Source of the DNA: a virus
Length of the DNA stretch: 64,000 bases
Virus record (IMG/VR): IMGVR_UViG_3300012685_000001
Coordinates: 1 to 64,000 of that record
Strand: one strand, 5' to 3'
In this document: positions 40,022 through 47,668 of the stretch, in pieces
Layout: the number at the start of each line of letters is the position of its first letter
Numbering within the stretch: position 1 is the stretch's first letter
The notes under the pieces: model-generated
Databases searched by the model: none
What the model saw: only the letters and a program-made list of their open reading frames with translations
What the model was told of the DNA's origin: nothing
Position numbers and translations under genes: made by a program

Positions 40022-40374
40022 TAAATATCCAGGGCTTCTACTAGTAGTTCTTGCTGTTCGGCCGAAAATTGATTCTTGATCATTGTTCTTCTTATATGCA
40101 CTTTCTCAGCAGAAGAGAACTCATTGTCAGTCATCTGACGGCCTTCCAATGCCTCAAGGAGCATCTGTTCCTCTGTACGGCTGGTAGAGCGCCACAGACC
40201 TACTACAAGGCCCTGACGACACCATGGGATACGTACTATAACTGAGTTAGACCACCGGTATGGTGCCTCAACTTCATGAGAAGGATATCTATGAAAAATA
40301 GGAGATTTCTTTTCCAGTTTAATTCTATGTACGAATAGTGGTCCCAAATCATGCTTCTTATTATGTATAGCCAA
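40021..40374 (-). CDS. Hypothetical protein
   Basis: ORF in operon. Confidence 0.6.
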   Translation of the reverse strand: MAIHNKKHDLGPLFVHRIKLEKKSPIFHRYPSHEVEAPYRWSNSVIVRIPWCRQGLVVGLWRSTSRTEEQMLLEALEGRQMTDNEFSSAEKVHIRRTMIKNQFSAEQQELLVEALDI

Positions 40375-40375
40375 A

Positions 40376-40831
40376 CTAAATCAATCCTCTTGTATATGGG
40401 AACGAGTTAAGTCTTGAGTTGATAAACCTTCCAGGAGACTGCGCCCTCTGAAACTGCCACCACACTGACGGGGGAACATTGTAGTAAGTATAGTACTCTC
40501 CATTTCTGAACTTTATACGAAGAGACTGACTTCTCTCGTCATATCCTGCCGCAAGAGTTCTCGGTCTTCCAGGATTAATTGTAGGAGTCGGCTGATAAGG
40601 AAGCAGTTCATCGTCATCTCCATTAAGAGCCAATTCAATTTCTTGATATAAACGCCCGTCTGCAATACGTGCTGATTGAGCCCTGATGGCGTTTATATCA
40701 AGATAAGAAGATGGAACTACTCTATTCGTCTCAGGAACATTACCCAGAAAGGTATTGTCCCATGCTGACCCAGCTCTTCTTGTAGGTGGTGTAAGTCTGG
40801 GAATTCTGCTGGAAGCTTTTCTTCGCGCCAT
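40376..40831 (-). CDS. KTSC-domain protein
   Basis: GYD....L.I.F.NG..Y.Y.NVP..VW..F..A.S.G.FIN. Confidence 0.85.
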   Translation of the reverse strand: MARRKASSRIPRLTPPTRRAGSAWDNTFLGNVPETNRVVPSSYLDINAIRAQSARIADGRLYQEIELALNGDDDELLPYQPTPTINPGRPRTLAAGYDERSQSLRIKFRNGEYYTYYNVPPSVWWQFQRAQSPGRFINSRLNSFPYTRGLI

Positions 40832-40894
40832 TATTTCTCCTTAAAATAGAAATATCCCCACACCCTAGATACTACAGGGCTGGGGATATTTATT

Positions 40895-41107
40895 TTATTG
40901 CTGCACTGTCCAACCTGGATTCAAGTCATCAACAGTGTCATGAGGACAATTAGGCCCCTCATAGTGAACACCATCCAGATACATACAGGAAAGATGTTCT
41001 TGTGCTGTTAGATCCCAAGGAACTTCCTGGGCAGAATGAGCTGTCCAGCTTTCTTCTCGCCAGACATCTCCTTCATCATGTACTCGTCGATAGAAATTGA
41101 TTGTCAT
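40895..41107 (-). CDS. Hypothetical protein
   Basis: ORF overlapping the MazG-like gene end. Confidence 0.5.
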   Translation of the reverse strand: MTINFYRRVHDEGDVWREESWTAHSAQEVPWDLTAQEHLSCMYLDGVHYEGPNCPHDTVDDLNPGWTVQQ

Positions 41108-41513
41108 GGATGAAACTCAAATCTGGTGGTGCGTATGTCGACGGCTTCAGTATCTTGCCAAATTCATTACGCTTAACTGTACCATCAGACTCAGCCTTGG
41201 ACATATTCGACTGATGAACTACTTGAAACACTTGTTCTAGAGGTATATCCAATTCCTCAGCAGTTCCATAGACTACATAGAGAAGGTCAGCCAATTCCTT
41301 AGCCACTTCCTCCTTAGCCCCATTCAGCGTACTGGAAGTTTCATTGAAGAATGTGGACTCCATATATTCTAGGGCATCAATTGTTTCTCTGGCCTCTTCT
41401 GCAATAAGATTGATCCTACGAGTCAATTTCATAGGCAGAAAATCCTTGCTCTGCTCTGGAACAAAAGTACTATGAAACTCTTGCAGATCTCTCATAGGTG
41501 TATGACTAAACAT
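41076..41513 (-). CDS. MazG-like / PRA-PH family NTP pyrophosphohydrolase
   Basis: EFH..F, LI.EE..E, ELADLLYVVYG, VH.SNMSK, GKILKP..Y.PPDL. Confidence 0.9.
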   Translation of the reverse strand: MFSHTPMRDLQEFHSTFVPEQSKDFLPMKLTRRINLIAEEARETIDALEYMESTFFNETSSTLNGAKEEVAKELADLLYVVYGTAEELDIPLEQVFQVVHQSNMSKAESDGTVKRNEFGKILKPSTYAPPDLSFIHDNQFLSTST

Positions 41514-41701
41514 CAGTAAACAGCCTTTCCGCACCACGTGCATTGTGTAGCCAGTCCTGGAGGTTTATCATGTAAATTTAACCGATGTCGTATTTTTCTG
41601 GTAAATACATAAACTCGGAACCATAACCAATAGGTCCAACTAATTGGATCAGCTTCGTCACCAGACCATGGGCACTTAATCCCTAATACTGTAGGAGTCA
41701 T
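41513..41701 (-). CDS. Hypothetical protein with CxxC
   Basis: TGATG-coupled ORF. Confidence 0.55.
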   Translation of the reverse strand: MTPTVLGIKCPWSGDEADPISWTYWLWFRVYVFTRKIRHRLNLHDKPPGLATQCTWCGKAVY

Positions 41702-42759
41702 CAGTAGATCTTTCCCTCATAGCGGAAGGTTCCATTGTTCTGGCCAAGTACAAGTTCAGTGTAATTCTGTCCTGCCTCGCGGGTAATAACTACAATACCC
41801 TTGGACCAGTTGGGAGAGGTTCCCTTGATGTAGCCACCATTGGATTCCATCGCCTTCTCAAAATCCATGATACAGCCAGCATTCACATATACATGCTGGG
41901 TACCCTTACCTTCATACCCGATGAACACTGGACGCAAAGCAGCCTGATGAACATGTCCCGCAAGAATAGACTTGCCTGTACGCATAACATGCTCAGTACC
42001 CTTGATGACGTGAGTCTTGGAAGTCAATTCCCACTGATGTCCATGACCAAGCAAATAATCAGGAAGAAACTCAAATACCTTGTGCTGATAGTTGATATCC
42101 AGGCTATCAAGCTCATACATGACCTCAGGAGTCAATGCACGGAGTGTGGCAAGACCAGGCAGACGGGTTTCAACTGCCCTTGTAATCCAGTGCATATGAT
42201 TGGAATGCGCCATATGAATAGTTGCATTGGGAGCAGCTTCCCGAATACGGGTCAGCCACTGAACAGTCTCATCAATCTGAGCCTGAAGATTGGACTCGTA
42301 CTCTTCCTTCATACCCTTGGCCCAACGGCCGACAGCACTGTTGTCACTCTCGTCTCCAGTCAGACAGATCATATCCGGCTGCTGATCACGAACAAACTCT
42401 ACTGTCTTGGCAAGGAACGCAGGATCATGCTTATTGATCTGGAAATCTCCGAAAGCAATAACTCGCTGATCCTTCTTCTCAGCCTTCAAAGTAGCGGCAG
42501 GCTTGGAGCCATATACATTCATGGCATGCTGATGACTCTTTACTATATTGGCTACGGAAACTTCTGCCAAAGTTGCCTGTACAGGCTTGTTCTTGTCCCG
42601 CCAGGTACGAATGAGTTTCTCGGATACGAGGAAACCCTTCTCAATAAGACGTGCCTTGACTGATAGACGGCCAAGACTTGAATCACTCAGAATATTATAA
42701 ATCTCCTGGTCAATCTTGGCCCAGACTTCAAGTTCTGTAATACTCACTACAGAATGCAA
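41701..42759 (-). CDS. Calcineurin-like metallophosphoesterase
   Basis: GDFQ, GDESD, SNH, HGH, GHVH motifs. Confidence 0.85.
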   Translation of the reverse strand: MHSVVSITELEVWAKIDQEIYNILSDSSLGRLSVKARLIEKGFLVSEKLIRTWRDKNKPVQATLAEVSVANIVKSHQHAMNVYGSKPAATLKAEKKDQRVIAFGDFQINKHDPAFLAKTVEFVRDQQPDMICLTGDESDNSAVGRWAKGMKEEYESNLQAQIDETVQWLTRIREAAPNATIHMAHSNHMHWITRAVETRLPGLATLRALTPEVMYELDSLDINYQHKVFEFLPDYLLGHGHQWELTSKTHVIKGTEHVMRTGKSILAGHVHQAALRPVFIGYEGKGTQHVYVNAGCIMDFEKAMESNGGYIKGTSPNWSKGIVVITREAGQNYTELVLGQNNGTFRYEGKIY

Positions 42760-42824
42760 CGTTCCTCCTCCAATAGTAAGACCCGCATAATGCAGTACAT
42801 CCTACACTATGCGGGTCCTCGTGT

Positions 42825-43298
42825 CTACTTCTTGCTGGCTATAAGCTGTACTAGCGCTATTGCTATAGGGATCATAACCATAGACAACAACCATCTGAAC
42901 TGATCCTGCCTAGAAGCTATATAAGACTTGTGCTGTGTCTCTCTAGCCGCAGTTTCACGATTGATTGCTGCCTCATAACGCTCACGTTCAACGGTTATAT
43001 CATGTCTCAGTCCTTGAAGCGCTTCCCTCAGTTCAGCCTTTAAGGCTAAAAGATCATCTTCCCCGTCTTCAAGTTTTTCATTTAAATTACTGAAACGTAA
43101 TTCTAATGAACGCTTATCAGCATCGTATTCAATTAAAGTTAGTAGTTTGTCCAAGCGGCTGGAAAAGTCAATAAGCCGAGTTTCAACATTTCGCTGCAAA
43201 CCGTCTAGTTCTCTCTGTACCGCCCCGGACCATGTAGGTGTTTCTGGTGTTGGCATCAACAACTCACTTGGGGCTAGATTCGAAAAGGACAACAGCAA
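42825..43298 (-). CDS. Coiled-coil protein with C-terminal membrane anchor
   Basis: Heptad-rich body and hydrophobic C-terminus; start uncertain. Confidence 0.55.
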   Translation of the reverse strand: MLLSFSNLAPSELLMPTPETPTWSGAVQRELDGLQRNVETRLIDFSSRLDKLLTLIEYDADKRSLELRFSNLNEKLEDGEDDLLALKAELREALQGLRHDITVERERYEAAINRETAARETQHKSYIASRQDQFRWLLSMVMIPIAIALVQLIASKK

Positions 43299-43423
43299 AA
43301 GACCATGTCATCCATTCAATTCTCCAAATTTCCTGCCCCAAATGTACTATGAGAAGAGGTCTAGTGCTATTACTCCTTAAGGATAACATTAGACCTCTTC
43401 TGTTTCATGTATACAGAAAGTAA

Positions 43424-44479
43424 TTACTCTGCCTCAGGCTTTACCAGATCATACACCTTGGAAGTAATGTCCTTGTCATCAAGGATCATGAACATGAAAC
43501 CAGGGTACTGTGTGTCCTTCACTCTAATAGCAAAATCCTTTCTGGTCCAGCCGTCTGGGTACTTGAAACTATTCCACATATCCAATTTTACTAGCCAATA
43601 ATCGTGCTCAATATTATTTCGAGTAATCCTGAAATCAATGGATATCTCTGAATATGTATCCTTCAGCCAGTCATGCCACTCATCAGGAATGATGCTACAC
43701 ATCTGCTCAAGCGTCTTGCCTGCCTTTATGTTCTCCCAGACACGACGCTTCGTCAAACCGGTAACGATCTTGTGCAGAGCAATATAGTCAGCCTGCTTGA
43801 TCTTCAATCGGTACTCATTGTGCGGAAACGATACTACGTAGCCCTCAGCGTTCACCCTTTGCGGAGCCTCCAGAGCCTCTCTGAGCGTCTTATAGCGGAA
43901 GGTAGTAGTCCTGGGCCCCCGCCACTCTACAAGGCCCTCAGGAGGAAGCGTATAACCTTCCTCGATATCCCGGGCACCCAATAGAACCAGATCATCGAAA
44001 CCGTAGTTCAGAACGATACGGTTCTCTGGATAGATGATCTCAAACATATAAGTGAGATCAATACCAGCATCCTCTATGAACTTCTTATAACGGCTCTTCA
44101 GAAGATACGTGGCGTGAATTGCTTGATCCGAAGCAAAGGAACCTCGGGTAGCAATTCCCCAGTCTGCCTTGTACTCCCAGTAGATACCAAGAGAACCGTC
44201 CATCTTATCGGTAATAGTCGCAGGAGAATCAAGATACTGATTGTCCTCATCAGAATAGTTGTGGAACTTGTCGAATGGCCGCGCAATTACCTTGTCGTGA
44301 GAATTCACAATAAGACCACGGCACTGAGATGTTACATCATTCCACAGATTGTCATACTGAGCTTTCTCTGTATAGTTCAGGATAGAAAGATCATGGTAAG
44401 GATGAGTCTGCTCACGTACGTAACCTTCAGTCTTCAATTCCAAGTAGTCTTTGATCGAGAACAGATCATACAGATACAT
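43424..44479 (-). CDS. RNA ligase, T4 Rnl1 family
   Basis: CRGLI, ARPFDKFHN, KMDGSL adenylation motif, ATRGSF, FEIIYP.NRIV, EGYV, KIK..DY. Confidence 0.92.
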   Translation of the reverse strand: MYLYDLFSIKDYLELKTEGYVREQTHPYHDLSILNYTEKAQYDNLWNDVTSQCRGLIVNSHDKVIARPFDKFHNYSDEDNQYLDSPATITDKMDGSLGIYWEYKADWGIATRGSFASDQAIHATYLLKSRYKKFIEDAGIDLTYMFEIIYPENRIVLNYGFDDLVLLGARDIEEGYTLPPEGLVEWRGPRTTTFRYKTLREALEAPQRVNAEGYVVSFPHNEYRLKIKQADYIALHKIVTGLTKRRVWENIKAGKTLEQMCSIIPDEWHDWLKDTYSEISIDFRITRNNIEHDYWLVKLDMWNSFKYPDGWTRKDFAIRVKDTQYPGFMFMILDDKDITSKVYDLVKPEAE

Positions 44480-44653
44480 TGTCTTCCTCCTCTAGATACT
44501 CTTTGCAGGGACAAGTGCAATTGCCTTCAGGTGGACCATAACCCATTGCCTCATTGTGTTCAACATCATCAGGACCCCACCAAGGATGAGGATCAGGATT
44601 ACAGAAGCCGAATTTACATGACCAGCAGGTTACATAACAAATGATTACGCTCA

Positions 44654-44917
44654 TCAATAATCTCCCATAAGCCACATCAGACAAATACGGTCAGGTACTG
44701 TTCCATCTTTTACCCAGGCATTTATCTCATGCTCCTCAAGACCCAGGAAATCATAAAGCCGTACAGTCTCTCCAGCAATGTTGAAGTTCGTTTCTGCGTC
44801 ATGCCAGACATCCACCAGATTCTCTGTATAGTCCTCTACCGTGTCAACCCGTCGCAGGTAATCCTCAACGAAGGGTGCTCGATCTGCCTTGGTCCATACG
44901 TGTGTGTTGGTATTCAT
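44654..44917 (-). CDS. Hypothetical protein, probably leaderless
   Basis: ATG 7 nt downstream of a -10 box. Confidence 0.6.
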   Translation of the reverse strand: MNTNTHVWTKADRAPFVEDYLRRVDTVEDYTENLVDVWHDAETNFNIAGETVRLYDFLGLEEHEINAWVKDGTVPDRICLMWLMGDY

Positions 44918-44924
44918 GTGGTAC

Positions 44925-44953
44925 ACATTAAGGCATGAAAAAACCTCTGTCAA
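44925..44953 (-). promoter_or_regulatory. Promoter for the RNA ligase operon
   Basis: TTGACA-17 nt-TAATGT on minus strand, with -35 embedded in the terminator stem. Confidence 0.55.
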
Positions 44954-44987
44954 GAGAACTGATTGTTCAATCTTGACAGAGGTTTTT
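44938..44987. terminator. Terminator hairpin ending the tRNA array
   Basis: AAAAACCTCTGTCAAGA...TCTTGACAGAGGTTTTT inverted repeat directly 3' of tRNA-Tyr. Confidence 0.8.
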
Positions 44988-44990
44988 AAG

Positions 44991-45074
44991 TGGGTGCAGA
45001 GAGACTTGAACTCCCAGAGACCGAAGTCGACGGCTTTACAGGCCGTAACGCTACCAATTACGTGTTATACACCC
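44991..45074 (-). tRNA. tRNA-Tyr(GTA)
   Basis: Cloverleaf; ACGGC-CT-GTA-AA-GCCGT; long variable arm. Confidence 0.9.
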
Positions 45075-45188
45075 ATTGTGCGCCGATGCCAATTCTTCGC
45101 CTGCCCCGGTATCCCGGACGCGCAAGCAATCAGCGCATTCCCCAGAGGTGGATTTTTCTATCGGGGACCCATATTTTATTATATTAAA

Positions 45189-45261
45189 GGGTGAAGTACG
45201 GGGATTGAACCCGCGAATCCTGAGTCACAGTCAGGTATGTTACCACTACATCAACTCCACC
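45189..45261 (-). tRNA. tRNA-His(GTG)
   Basis: CCTGA-CT-GTG-AC-TCAGG; G-1:C73. Confidence 0.9.
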
Positions 45262-45264
45262 ATA

Positions 45265-45341
45265 GCCGCAAGAAAGGGATTCGAACCCCCAACCTTCCCT
45301 CGAACATCGGGAATGCTCTTCCAATTGAGCTATCTTTTAGC
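45265..45341 (-). tRNA. Atypical or degenerate tRNA (9-nt anticodon loop, mismatched acceptor stem)
   Basis: Normal D and T arms; TTCCC-GATGTTCGA-GGGAA. Confidence 0.6.
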
Positions 45342-45343
45342 AG

Positions 45344-45415
45344 TCCGCCCACCGAGAATTGAACTCGGAACTAGACTTTATCAGAGTCTTGTGATAACCA
45401 TTTCACTACAGGCGA
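45344..45415 (-). tRNA. tRNA-Ile(GAT)
   Basis: AGACT-CT-GAT-AA-AGTCT. Confidence 0.88.
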
Positions 45416-45419
45416 TTAT

Positions 45420-45728
45420 TCAGTTGTGTTCTTTAATTATACCCATAAGTTTGAACTTAGGAAGTGCACCTACCTGATATTCTACTATCTTTCCCTTCTT
45501 GAAGAGAAGGAGAGTAGGGATAGATGATACATCATATTTCTTAACTGATACAGGATTTTTATCTGCGTTGATCTTTACTACTTCCAGCCACTCGTTCTCT
45601 GTTGCTATAGATTCTAACACAGGCGCCATCTGCTTGCAAGGACCACACCATGGAGCCCAGAAATCAACTAGTACTGGCTTCTCCGAGATCAAAACCTCAT
45701 CGAAAGTTCCATCAGTAATATCCCGCAT
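45420..45728 (-). CDS. trxA: Thioredoxin
   Basis: PVLVDFWAPWCGPCK, SIPTLLLFK.G. Confidence 0.95.
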   Translation of the reverse strand: MRDITDGTFDEVLISEKPVLVDFWAPWCGPCKQMAPVLESIATENEWLEVVKINADKNPVSVKKYDVSSIPTLLLFKKGKIVEYQVGALPKFKLMGIIKEHN

Positions 45729-45751
45729 TTATTCTCCTTATAGTATCAACG

Positions 45752-45825
45752 TACGCCCATCGGGATTTGAACCCGCATCGACTGCTTATAAGACAGTTGC
45801 TCTCACCTAATTGAGCTATAGGCGC
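45752..45825 (-). tRNA. tRNA-Ile(TAT)
   Basis: ACTGT-CT-TAT-AA-GCAGT; discriminator A. Confidence 0.88.
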
Positions 45826-45952
45826 ATGTCCCACTAATATAGCAGTTCTGCGAACGTCTGCATAGTCGATCTCTTTTCGCAGCTTACTTAAATCTTTATA
45901 CAAGATCCTGACTATGCGTAGTCCTTGTAAAGGGTAGTGAGCATACCCTAAG

Positions 45953-46037
45953 CGGAAGCAGAGGGATTCGAACCCCCAAGGCTTTTCAAGACCCAGCCGT
46001 TTTCAAGACGGTGTCCTCATCCGACCGGATTACTTCC
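45953..46037 (-). tRNA. tRNA-Ser(TGA)
   Basis: CCGT-CT-TGA-AA-ACGG; long variable arm; G73. Confidence 0.88.
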
Positions 46038-46108
46038 ATTAGGGGAATCATCCTCTACCCCCGTGTGTGGCCCCACCTTGAATGCATCCTTTGCCACTTC
46101 TGTTTAAT

Positions 46109-46204
46109 TCAACCTTTAGGATACTTACATTTAAAACAAACTCTATCAGTATCCCTATTCTTATATCTACAGTTATTACGAGAACATTGCCAAAATTCTA
46201 GCAT
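46109..46204 (-). CDS. 31-aa RanBP2-type zinc-finger microprotein
   Basis: AAGGAG RBS; MLEFWQCSRNNCRYKNRDTDRVCFKCKYPKG fits W-x-C-x4-C-x3-N-x6-C-x2-C. Confidence 0.7.
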   Translation of the reverse strand: MLEFWQCSRNNCRYKNRDTDRVCFKCKYPKG

Positions 46205-46222
46205 TAATCTCCTTAAGTGCTG

Positions 46223-46307
46223 CGGAGAGTACGGGATTTGAACCCGCTCAGGCTTGAGACCCTTACTACGTTTCCAACGTAGCTGCTAACCAATTCGCTT
46301 ACTCTCC
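46223..46307 (-). tRNA. tRNA-Ser(GGA)
   Basis: CTACG-TT-GGA-AA-CGTAG; long variable arm. Confidence 0.88.
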
Positions 46308-46312
46308 ATGCG

Positions 46313-46397
46313 AGGAAGAGATGGGATTCGAACCCACGGAGCTTTTACACCCTCAGTCTTAGCAGGACTGCCCGATAGACCTCTCTGGCACTCTTCC
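46313..46397 (-). tRNA. tRNA-Ser(GCT)
   Basis: CAGTC-CT-GCT-AA-GACTG; long variable arm. Confidence 0.88.
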
Positions 46398-46403
46398 ATT
46401 GTA

Positions 46404-46580
46404 CTATTTACGTATTAGATTACTCTCAAGAAAACATTGAGTTTCTCCCTTGGAACGTCCAGAAAGAATCTTTACTTGCCACAGTCTGTAACCTTCATGC
46501 CAGCCAATAACTTCTCCATCACGATTACCATGAACATTAAGAATATTGACCTGTGTATTTCCTGTCCATTGCTTAACCAT
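46404..46580 (-). CDS. Small SH3-like beta-barrel protein
   Basis: GGAGG RBS before MVKQW; G.VIG..WQVKI..G pattern. Confidence 0.55.
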   Translation of the reverse strand: MVKQWTGNTQVNILNVHGNRDGEVIGWHEGYRLWQVKILSGRSKGETQCFLESNLIRK

Positions 46581-46591
46581 ATCTCCTCCAG

Positions 46592-46669
46592 AGCGGATAG
46601 TCGGATTCGAACCGCAACCCAACAGCTTTGCAGGCTGTTTCCATCACCATCAGGATTAGGGCTATCCGC
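46592..46669 (-). tRNA. tRNA-Cys(GCA), atypical fold
   Basis: ACAGC-CT-GCA-AA-GCTGT; U73; 8-bp acceptor GCGGATAG/CTATCCGC and short T stem. Confidence 0.75.
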
Positions 46670-46677
46670 ATATTCAG

Positions 46678-46866
46678 TTATCTCTTATCAAGAGACAAGT
46701 ACATTGCGGGGAACTTAATGCTCTGTCCGCCATCCTCATAAATAAGGATGTATTTCTTGGTGAAGAATCCCACACGTTGAATAACTGTTCCTCGACGGCC
46801 CGTAAAAGGTCCACGAGTAATAACTATAGGATCACCTATAGAGTATACAATTTCATGTTTACCCAT
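46678..46866 (-). CDS. KOW-motif small protein
   Basis: IGDPIVITRGPFTGRRGTVI. Confidence 0.75.
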   Translation of the reverse strand: MGKHEIVYSIGDPIVITRGPFTGRRGTVIQRVGFFTKKYILIYEDGGQSIKFPAMYLSLDKR

Positions 46867-46883
46867 TTTAATATCCTTAAGTT

Positions 46884-46997
46884 TTAACTAGTAGAGTAAG
46901 AACACTTAGTACACACCAATGTAGGTGACTTGCTCCCATCACCATGAACAATAGGGGCACCAGATACCAAATTATGGGGCTTTCCATCTACACACAT
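46884..46997 (-). CDS. 37-aa putative zinc-ribbon microprotein
   Basis: AAGGA RBS; MCVDGKPH...LVCTKCSYSTS. Confidence 0.5.
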   Translation of the reverse strand: MCVDGKPHNLVSGAPIVHGDGSKSPTLVCTKCSYSTS

Positions 46998-47027
46998 TTA
47001 TTTTCCTTAGTTCCTAATTATATAATT

Positions 47028-47109
47028 GTGGAGCACTGGAGATTCGAACTCCAGTCTCAGCCCGTCCGACGTGCGGCTTTAAAGGCTGATCGACACCAAT
47101 TTGTGCCCC
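47028..47109 (-). ncRNA. Minimal tmRNA-like RNA (tRNA-like domain only)
   Basis: GGGGCAC/GTGCTCC-A acceptor with G3:U70; stemless D-loop AAATTGGTGTCGA; CAGCC/GGCTG helix; GAC then T arm TGGAG-TTCGAAT-CTCCA. Confidence 0.75.
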
Positions 47110-47117
47110 ATAGGAAG

Positions 47118-47181
47118 TACAGAAGTATGCTGCCATTACACCATACCCGGGCTGACGGAATCGAACCGTTCCTCTTCTATA
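47118..47181 (-). ncRNA. Circularly permuted tRNA-like element
   Basis: TATAGAAG, T arm, short linker, D arm TGGTGTAATGGCAGCAT, CTTCTGTA; T arm precedes D arm and the ends pair over 8 bp. Confidence 0.6.
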
Positions 47182-47186
47182 CAACG

Positions 47187-47257
47187 TACCCCGTAACAGA
47201 ATCGAACTGATGTCTACGCTTTGTAAGAGCGCCGCTCTCCCATTGAGCTAACAGGGC
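47187..47257 (-). tRNA. tRNA-Val(TAC)
   Basis: GCGCT-CT-TAC-AA-AGCGT. Confidence 0.88.
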
Positions 47258-47280
47258 AGGTGCCCCGAAGGGCTATTGAA

Positions 47281-47460
47281 TTATTTTCCCGGTTTCTTAT
47301 GAAACTCATCGCGCTTAACATTGCGAATCGTAACATCTTCAGAACCAGGGGTGTCATTCAGCGTAAGAGTATACTTATCACGCCTAATCGCACGAACTGT
47401 AGCAGGTCTACCCTTGTAGTGACCTCTGTCAATAACGACAACATCACCAACAATAATCAT
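47281..47460 (-). CDS. 59-aa KOW-motif protein
   Basis: Below ORF-track cutoff; AGGAG RBS; MIIVGDVVVIDRGHYKGRPATVRAI. Confidence 0.7.
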   Translation of the reverse strand: MIIVGDVVVIDRGHYKGRPATVRAIRRDKYTLTLNDTPGSEDVTIRNVKRDEFHKKPGK

Positions 47461-47468
47461 TATAACTC

Positions 47469-47645
47469 CTACTGCTTCTCAAGCTCTCCAGAACGATAAG
47501 TACGCTCAGCGCCCTTACTGGCACCAACACTTGCCTCTGTTGCCTTAACGGCAACAAGATCACGAGCTGAATCAACAGCTATAACCTTACCCACAAGGCC
47601 GTCAACAGCGCCTACCTTATCGCCAACATGAAGCTTCTTACCCAT
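47469..47645 (-). CDS. 58-aa SH3/KOW-like protein
   Basis: AGGAGG RBS; MGKKLHVGDKVGAVDGLVGKVIAVD..LVAVK. Confidence 0.65.
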   Translation of the reverse strand: MGKKLHVGDKVGAVDGLVGKVIAVDSARDLVAVKATEASVGASKGAERTYRSGELEKQ

Positions 47646-47668
47646 ATCATATCCTCCTTATTTGGAAG

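Noticed and set aside
41893-42663. 256-aa plus-strand ORF
   Set aside because: Antisense shadow of the metallophosphoesterase; no RBS or recognisable motifs.
47028-47109. Ordinary tRNA-Ala or a two-piece permuted tmRNA
   Set aside because: There is no D stem or 7-nt Ala anticodon loop. The ends are in normal, unpermuted order and no adjacent tag-coding piece was found.
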